A DNA stretch of 64,000 nucleotides from Podarcis pityusensis (lineage: Eukaryota). Under the pieces are notes generated by a model, which saw nothing but the letters and a program-made list of their open reading frames with translations, did not search any database and had not been told where the DNA came from. The position numbers were made by a program, and so were the translations under genes. The DNA lies in the NCBI GenBank assembly GCA_964106645.2, contig OZ067039.1. One strand, given 5' to 3'. Position 1 is the first letter of the stretch. Every line of letters begins with the position of its first letter. Below, one piece after another: positions 26,901 to 64,000 of the stretch.

Positions 26901-29900
26901 TTAGTAACGCATGTCTAAACCCATAATTATCTGACAACTCCAGTGTCTTCGAAGTAGAGAACCTTCCGGTATGATCCAAGAAATAAAATATCTTAAAATA
27001 TTGGCTCTGCTTCCACTTACCCACATGCCACATACTGGTTGTTTTTCGAGACTGCAATTGATGTACCACACATACAACCTTCGTCAGAAAATCTGTTTAG
27101 GCATCGTCTGCTTTTTACATCCCATACGAAAACTTCACCCTGAACTGACAGACAGAGAGACAAATAGGGAAATTTTTTAGAGGAAGTAATATATGACATC
27201 AAAATGCTGGATTTAAAGGGGGGGGACCTCTGCTAAACTATGAACAACTGAAGAGCACAGCAAGGAATAACTCCATACACTACTCAAAGATTATAACTAT
27301 TATATAGTGAGTTTCTATTAAATAGGTACTCACATGCATACATCGTAAGTAGTAAAAGGCACAACTGTTTCATGGTTTATGGGGAGGTTGTATTGGGTCA
27401 CCAATTCCAGTTTCAACTTAAGGCATCTTGCTATGAGTGCTTTCTAATCAGAAAATGAGCCTGTGATGATTACTACTGTAACAGCTGCAACAGAGGCTAT
27501 ACAAAGTTCTCCTTTCACTAAAAATTGCACACCTTCATACAGTGATGCCACATCTTATCTGACTTACCAGAATGCGTGTAGATTTTGCTGCTATCTGGAG
27601 AGAAAGATGATTCCAAAGACTTCCCATTTATTTTCATGCTCCCTATAAGCTCTTTCGTCTAAAATAGAAATGCAATTGCTGATCAACACAAGTAGTCACA
27701 ATATCATAAAGTGAAAGAGTCTGGTCTCATGAGAGGAATGTGCCCTTCTACAGTCATCATAAAAAGGAGGGGAAGAAAACTTGTAGGGTGCACACAAATG
27801 TGTTTTCATATATATATTTCTTAGTACACCACTGTGTTCCCTAATATGGTGCTCTGTTGCCCTATTTCCCTCCTGTTATTGATGGCTTTCTTCCTTTGGT
27901 TTATCTTTTTCCTTCTATAGTCTCCACCACACCAGTGACTTACTCATTTACAGTATTCTGATGACTTGTTTAATAAGAGACACTTACAACACAAAACTCT
28001 AAAGATAATCAACCACTTAACTATTTGCCACCACTATTTGGATTTAACAAAATCAAAGTCAAGAAATCCACACCATCCCTGTGACTTGTCTGCTGAAATT
28101 GCTACTGTTGAGCAGCACAGAAGTCTTGCATGAAGCATAAGACTACAAAATGCTATGTGGTTCGTATTTGCCATATTAGTATTAAAATGCATTTTTAGTA
28201 TGAACTCTAGCTGATACAACTTCTCTGCTGGTAGAATTGTGTTGCTGTTTGAACTTAAAATGCTCATTTTCAGAAACAAATGCAGATTTTACCTTCATTG
28301 CCAACAAATGCAGATAGCCTGATGTTCCATTAAGGAGCAGGAATCTTCCATCTGGTGATACTTCAAAATTTTTGATAAACTTCTCCTCTAAACCTTAAGT
28401 TCAAAAAAACAATATGTGTTATATAGTTCCAGCACATATATATAGGAGCTAATTGCCAAAGCTAACTATTATCTTATAAATTATGGTTTAATCTGGGTGC
28501 TTATTTATAAAGAATAATAGAACGTTATTTCCTTGAATGTTTATTCTTTTTCTTATAGATGCCATTGTTCCAAAGACATGGAAGAACACTGGGCACTAGT
28601 TCTACCGCCATGTGACACAGTAAGAAGGAATTTAATTAGAAATCTTTTATGTCTAATTCAGAAAAAATAAAATTATATTTGAGCATTATTCGAATCTACT
28701 TAAAATTCAGTGTGTACAAAAATATAAGCAAGCAGTGAAACCTCACCTCTGATATGGGTTATAGGAATAATTTTTCCAGCCATCATGTCGTATATATAGA
28801 ACCGCTTGTTGTGTATGCTAGTTGCAATAACTTGCTCTCCCTCTGCACTAAAACGTGCCTTGTACACTGGAAAGCTTTCCAGATGAATGCTCTGTATCTT
28901 TGGATTAGCGATGCCATCCACCTTTAAAGAGAAAAAGATGCATTCATTTTTCACCTCAGAATGGGCAATATTTAAGAGGATTTCTAAAATACAAATGTAC
29001 TGACTAGCGAATGCCAGTTTGTCTTGAATTTAAATTCCTTGATTTGACGGCAACCCAGAGTCCCACAGAAACATTGGGCTGCTTCTGCCTGCTACTGCAC
29101 CATATGGAGCTCCACCATAACAAGGAACTCCTTCTGCTTCTGTGCAAACAATAGGGATCACCCACTTGCTTCCATGCACTTTTGACTGTTTCCAGTCCTT
29201 AAAGTTTGGTATTAAATATGCAAATTTTAAACCCCACCCCACCCAACCACCACATAGGTGTCTAAAGTATGTCTCAGCCAATCAGTTCCTATAAAATAGT
29301 ATACAAGAACATAGAACAGAAACAATTGCATTATATATAAGGTAATTATTCCTCACCTGGAACAGTGAAACAGACCGATCAAGCCCAGCAGTCATAATAA
29401 CTTGAGCAGAAGGATGGAACTGCACAGTTGTCAGTTTTGCATCTGACAGACGTTCACTATTCGCAAACTTGCAGTTTTTCATCTAAAATGCAGAACAGGA
29501 ACACGTGTGGTTGTTATGAAGCTGCATAACGACTAAGTACGTATAGAAAAGAAAAATCTACGCACTCATGACAGTATCCAACACTGCACAAGCAGCACTA
29601 AGCTACCCAAATAAGACCTCCCCTTTTGCTCCTCCCTGAATACCCCCACAAAAACTGCTCCACAGGGTCCTTCAACCGTCTGGAGCAGATTTTGAGGGTG
29701 GGTGTGAGGCTTCAGGACAGGGAAGAAGGTTCAAGTGTGCAAACAGAAATCTTCTGCCCAAGTTAAACAGCAGCTTTGGACACAACCCTATGTCTGCACT
29801 ACTGAAATATATTTCAGCAAATTTGCTACCAATTCTGTCCTAAGATACATTCAGTGTTCTAGGCAGTTTTCCATTTCCTAGTTTAGAGATGCATTAGCGA

Positions 29901-32900
29901 TCCAAATTTTTATAAAATCAAGTTGTATTCAACTCTGTGCAAGTGGTGTTCTGCTCACACCTGGAACTTCCTCTTCTCACACTTCCCAAAAATCTGTTCC
30001 AGATGGTCCTCCAACCACCTGAAGCAGATTTTGAGGGTTAACAGCAGGCTTGCAGGAGAGGAGAAAATTCCCAATGATTTTTTTATTTTACTGTTGAAGC
30101 TCTACATAACTATTTCATCATACTTAAAACTTTGCCAACTAAATATTCAAAACATGAAAATGCTTTCAATGTGTTGCATGAAGGGTCTCTTGAAACCTGT
30201 TGTTTTTCTCATATTTAACAGCTTCAAAGCCTATGAATTCTAATCACAAACACATTGTGTGCATGAAAATGAAAGATTGTTTTACCTGTAAAAAGCCTCT
30301 TGGTAAGGAGTCTGACACTGTCACGAAATTGCCTGTCTTGTGCATTAGTTCATCCCCTTCATCTTCGCTGTCATCTTAAAAAGAAATTATTTCAAACATT
30401 GTATTGTTTTATCTGTGCAGCCATATGAAAAGTGGCAACATAAGCTAAATGCAATATATGAAAAGAAGTCAGAACTTATTCAGTATACAGTCAGGTAGTG
30501 TGTCATAAACCCTGCTCCTAGTCTCTTAGAGCAGCTTGCAACGGTCAGTAGTAAGACAGTCTGCGTCCTCAGGTAAACAATCTAAAACAGGGTAGGCAGC
30601 CTTCAGGGTTGTGTGATCTACTTTGTTTTTTACTTGAACCTTGAAGGCAACCAAATTGAAGCCAAGTGCAAAATAAGAACTGCTTAAAATTCTCAAGGAT
30701 AAGAACTGGAGTCAGATGCAAAATAAGCAGTTAAAGAAAATAAGAGTTAAGGAATGGGATGTGCAACCCAGGAAACTGGGAACAAACACCCACATACACT
30801 TGAGGAGAAGCCAGCTCCCTGTAGCTGCTCCTTCTACAGCCAATGGATGAGGCCAAGTTGGTCTCTCCCTTGCCATGATGTTCTTCCTACATTAGTCCCT
30901 GCGAGACTTCCTTAATCAGAAGTCCCAAAAACTTTCTCTGCAGAACATGTGCAGAGGATTGCATCTTAATTACTTTATTGACTTTGGTTCATGCTATAGA
31001 AAGTCCCACATTTACCTTCATCTCTGGCTTTTCTTACTTTCTTCTTCCTGTCCCTCTGTGCCCAGGAAGGGGTTGCTCCCATTGCGCTCTGAAATCTAAG
31101 GAAGACAAATCTGTACTGCACCCACAACTATTACTTCACACACAACCTTATCCACTGAGGTAAGTAAAAAACAACTATCAGAAATTTTAAGTAAATATGC
31201 CAGACAATTTTGAAAAATGGGTGAAAGAATGATGAGCATTAAATATCTGATGAAGAGAGGGATGCAGGGCAAGAAAGGGACAGACAGCCTTATAGTCTCT
31301 CTCTCTCACACACCCATACACCCCTTGTGATGCAAGAGCAGATGCAAGCTGTTTAAAGGATGGACTGTGAAGGAAGAAAAACATTGTCCTCAACCCTCCC
31401 CACCTCTTGCAAGTAAGACTCTTATTATGACAATAAATAGGGAAATGCTTTTGAAGTGTCCAAGCACCCCAGCCATTTTTGCCCTTCCCTTTTAAGTTCA
31501 ATTTGAATCATCCTTGCTATTTCCGCTTTTCTCAATATTAAGCAGTAAAACTTCATAGCTGCATAAAGAAAATTGTTGTGGGGTTTTTTTTTTTGCATTT
31601 TAGTACGTACGGAAATAAATATAGACATCTTCAAAAATTCAGATTAATTTACAAATTGTCTGTTTTGAGAAAACACATATTGGAAGGCCTCTTCAAAAAT
31701 GAGATTATATGCTAACATTTTTTGATGCCAATTCAAATAAATAATCAAAAATTAATTTTTCTTAAGATGGTTGCCTCTTGTCCATGTTACCATTAACACT
31801 CACTGTTCTTGAAGTCTTCTTTGAAGTTTTTCCTTTGTAAGCTTCTTTTCTGCATCACTTTTCATCATGTTTTTTCGATATCGATGGGCCATGTCAATTC
31901 TAGGAGGAAAAAGTCACATGCTAAATTTGTACAGTTCTGTAAAAATATTAATTTTACCAAGATGATCACTTTACAAATTAAAGCAAGTGACTAGCTTATA
32001 TTTTGAAACAGTGGCATGTAGTTCATGCTACATAGTAAGATTACATAGTAGAGTCAATGTGATAGAGTTGTTAAGAGTGCCAAAGTAAGATTGGGAGATA
32101 AAGGTTCAAATCATCACTCAGCCATGAAACTCACAGAGTGACCATAAATAAAATACTTCCTCTTCCTAACCTACTTTACAGGATTAGCATGGGGAAGAAA
32201 TGGAAAAAATGTTTATTTTAAAATCAGCTATAAGGTTCTAGAATTTCCAAAGCTCTCAAAAAGTGGACAGCCTGGCAATATTTTGTAAAAACTTGCAGAA
32301 GGCACACACATTAACATCTTCACTCAGAATGAATGGTTAAGATGATGGGTGGTATCCAATTGTGCACTGATGCAATGGACTTCCACTTGTACAAAGGTGA
32401 CTCTCCTTCAACCTGCAGCCACCCAAAGTCTGCTCTGGAGGATTGACAATCCCTCCAGAGTAAAGTTTGGGGGACACGTAGGGACCCGCAGGGGGAAGAG
32501 GAAAAAGGTAAGTCACAGTACATCTGCTCGTGCGACTCTTGACCTTGCACTCACAAGATGTAAGATGCTTACACCCCAAACCTACATATGTTAGGATGAA
32601 GACAAGCCCCACAGAGTTCAATGCAACTTGCTTACAACTACAGCTTTGCTTCACCACACTTCATGAGTCAATTTACAATAGGTGCATTACACATCAAAGT
32701 AAACCACTAACCATGGATTACTGTGACATGCAAACATAGCCTATGAGTGCTGCTTACATTTCCTCAGCTTCATCATCTTCATCCACCCATGCTGGTTTTT
32801 CAGATGGAAGAAAGTTGTCTTCCGTTTCATTCTCCACTTCTGAGTCATCAGATTCTCCTTCAAGGAGATTCCCACTGAGCACATCACCAACCTTAAAAAA

Positions 32901-33842
32901 AAGAAAGAATATTTTCTTTAATCTTAGAATTTAAAAATATGTTACAGATTGCCACCAATGAATCTGAAAAAATTCCTAAAAACTTATCATTGTTTATTCT
33001 CAGACAACTTATCAGGAGCCTGAAACTGAACTAACTGACAAGCCCAGTCTCAGCTGTACTGCCACATGAATCCTGAGGCATGTCGGACAGAATTTTCTGA
33101 CAACCACATACCTGATGAACATTGTGCTGTTCTACAGCACCCATATAATGGCCTTCAGAGTTCAGAAGGCATACTTGCACTGTTTGCTACCATGACAGGA
33201 CAGTACCCCACATCTGGATACTATGGTGAATTTACAAATATTTACGTGAACTGAAAAAGCTAATAATTTTTTTAGGGGGTGAAGAACTAATTTGCTTGAA
33301 TGTTACAGTGGACATTCAGACTTAATTTACCACCTCCTGGAATACTTTCAAAGTGGACAAGACAGAAGATTGTGATCTGTGATTAAGGCATTCACACAGC
33401 CACCATACAAAGGGACAACCATTAGCAACTTTACAACCTCAACGGTTTGACTGAAGCCACAATAAATTTATTTTTAAAAAAACAGCACAAAAGAGTGCCC
33501 TTTTTCTATGCTGTGCTATCATAACTACAGCTGCACCCCTCTCTTCTGAACATTTGCTACTGAACCGGCTACTGAACCGCCTAATACCTTCGCCAGCGGG
33601 CCTTGCAGACGCTGCGGGTCGTCGTCTTCTTCCTGCACGTCCCCGAACAGCAGCTCCTCCAGGCCACGCTCCGCCGCGGGCTTGTCTGCCACGAGAGCCA
33701 AGTGCTGAGCCCGACAGATCTCCTCCGCGGCAGCCGCCATGTGGCCGCCTCGCTCCCCGCCTCCTGCAAGCGGCCCTTTTCCGACCCGAGGCCGCTTTCT
33801 GCCCCTCGACGCGCCTCGCCGACCCTCAGCCCTCGCCTCCAT
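23927..33842 (-). CDS. UTP18: U3 snoRNA-associated protein 18 homolog, complete, 537 aa: join 33588-33842, 32758-32891, 31804-31899, 31016-31095, 30286-30374, 29357-29482, 28747-28921, 28293-28393, 27568-27658, 27021-27144, 25897-26071, 24358-24500, 23927-23951
   Basis: Motifs LEELLFGD, KPAWVDEDDE, WD40 region VQFHPSAQV..TAGLD..VSLFQVDG..NPKIQSIHLESFP, C-terminus SPRSGYFSIANNKGKALLYRLKHYSDF*. The 1614-nt spliced ORF is open with consistent phases. Confidence 0.95.
24358..24500 (-). CDS. UTP18: UTP18 exon 12
   Basis: VHIPSFTVFPNFPVFKRKLIYLANSMDFSPRSGYFSIANNKGKALLY; 143 nt. Confidence 0.95.
25897..26071 (-). CDS. UTP18: UTP18 exon 11
   Basis: SSSGVVNVYAQDDCLRETSPKPLKAIMNLVT...PTTEILAIASNKVDEAVKL; 175 nt. 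Confidence 0.94.
27021..27144 (-). CDS. UTP18: UTP18 exon 10
   Basis: QGEVFVWDVKSRRCLNRFSDEGCMCGTSIAVSKNNQYVACG; 124 nt. Confidence 0.94.
27568..27658 (-). CDS. UTP18: UTP18 exon 9
   Basis: TKELIGSMKINGKSLESSFSPDSSKIYTHS; 91 nt. Confidence 0.94.
28293..28393 (-). CDS. UTP18: UTP18 exon 8
   Basis: LEEKFIKNFEVSPDGRFLLLNGTSGYLHLLAMK; 101 nt. Confidence 0.94.
28747..28921 (-). CDS. UTP18: UTP18 exon 7
   Basis: VDGIANPKIQSIHLESFPVYKARFSAEGEQVIATS...YDMMAGKIIPITHIR; 175 nt. Confidence 0.95.
29357..29482 (-). CDS. UTP18: UTP18 exon 6
   Basis: MKNCKFANSERLSDAKLTTVQFHPSAQVIMTAGLDRSVSLFQ; 126 nt. Confidence 0.95.
30286..30374 (-). CDS. UTP18: UTP18 exon 5
   Basis: DSEDEGDELMHKTGNFVTVSDSLPRGFLQ; 89 nt. 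Confidence 0.92.
31016..31095 (-). CDS. UTP18: UTP18 exon 4
   Basis: FQSAMGATPSWAQRDRKKKVRKARDE; 80 nt, phase fits exon 5. Confidence 0.88.
31804..31899 (-). CDS. UTP18: UTP18 exon 3
   Basis: IDMAHRYRKNMMKSDAEKKLTKEKLQRRLQE; 96 nt. Confidence 0.92.
32758..32891 (-). CDS. UTP18: UTP18 exon 2
   Basis: VGDVLSGNLLEGESDDSEVENETEDNFLPSEKPAWVDEDDEAEE; 134 nt. Confidence 0.92.
33588..33842 (-). CDS. UTP18: UTP18 exon 1
   Basis: ATG in AGCATGG context; MEARAEGRRG...ERGLEELLFGDVQEEDDDPQRLQGPLAK; donor GTATTA. Confidence 0.88.
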
Positions 33843-34892
33843 GCTGCCTCGGCCTTCAAGGGACCACAAACCGGAAGCGGAAAGGCCCGCACGTTCGCGT
33901 CACGTAAACCGGAAACGCCCTTCCCGCTCAGTTACCATAGAGAGGCACGCAGGCGCAAACACGTCCGCCCTCCCACCACAGGACTCAATGAAGCCGCCGT
34001 GACGCCGCTGGTCCCCCTGAATGAACATGCGATGTAAACAAACAGATAGATCACCAGAGAGATAAGCGGGCTGAGGGAGCTTTTTGCGCGAGCTCCTCAC
34101 CCCTCCCCACCCCAAGGCAAATGGAGACCGGAATAATACGATCTGCGTAACATTTGTCTTTTTCTCTATCTCTTTGCCTTCCCCCGCTCCGTGAGAAGCA
34201 TTGCCACGTGACCTCCCTGGCCCCGCCTCCTTTTCACATGACCTCAATGTTTCAGTGTATTCCCCCCCCAACACACACACACACACTCTCTTTCCCCCAT
34301 TTTTCCCCCTCATAAGAACCGCTCTCTAGGCGGGCTGTCCCATCACTTACAAAACAGTGGGGGGGCAGGTGAAAGCACCTTTTTTTTAAAAAAAAAAGAC
34401 TAACGTCTCCTCAGTTAAAGGCAAACTGAGACGGAGAGAAACATCCCGTCAGATCTGTAGCCGGTCGCGGCGACCGCTTTAACGCCGCGGCTGCGGCCCT
34501 CTTCTGTCCCCGTCGCCTCTCCTCCCCCCCTCTTCCGCATCATAGTTCAGGCCGCCCAGCCGCGTACGGCGAGCGAGGGCGATCCAAACAGCGAGGGGGC
34601 CAATGGGAGCGCGCCGTGGGCTGGGGCCGTACTACGCGTGCGCAGTGCGGTTATGCTAATGTTGTTGATATTCTGGGGCTTGGAGTTGAATGTCTTTTCT
34701 CTCACACACTCTGCGCTCTTCCCCCCCGTTTAAAGTGAGAGGCTGAACTTTCCTCCTCCTCCAACCTGGCTCTGCCCCTCGGAAAGGGGAGGGGGAGAGT
34801 CCGGGGGGGTGGGGGCTGAGCCGAGGGGGCGGGAGGGGGGGAGGAGGAGGTGAGCGGCGGCGGCAGCGGCATCCTTTGCCCATGAGGGCCTG

Positions 34893-64000
<29,108 letters not shown>

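Overview
Vertebrate (squamate, most likely lacertid lizard, judging by Podarcis-type Sauria SINEs) genomic DNA with three spliced housekeeping genes. (1) CSNK1D (casein kinase I delta), minus strand, coding exons 1-8 (20491 down to 3565, 399 codons); I did not find the terminal tail exons in the window. (2) UTP18, minus strand, complete (13 coding exons, 33842 down to 23927, 537 aa) plus a probable non-coding last exon. (3) MBTD1, plus strand, head-to-head with UTP18 on a shared CpG island; 14 coding exons from 34893, running off the right edge. All exon boundaries were checked by hand for GT-AG and reading phase. Introns carry Sauria and Squam-like SINEs, Tc1/mariner and hAT MITEs with TSDs (some nested), CR1/L2/L1 fragments and a Penelope-like relic with inverted pseudo-LTRs. 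The most unusual observation is an ~860-bp island in MBTD1 intron 5 (about 54810-55670). It is not CpG-depleted and is densely self-complementary. It contains a 49-aa single-transmembrane smORF, a 46-nt antisense arm to that ORF held inside a competing hairpin, a 249-nt rod-like unit bounded by 9-bp direct repeats, and inverted RSS-type heptamers. I cannot assign it to a known family.
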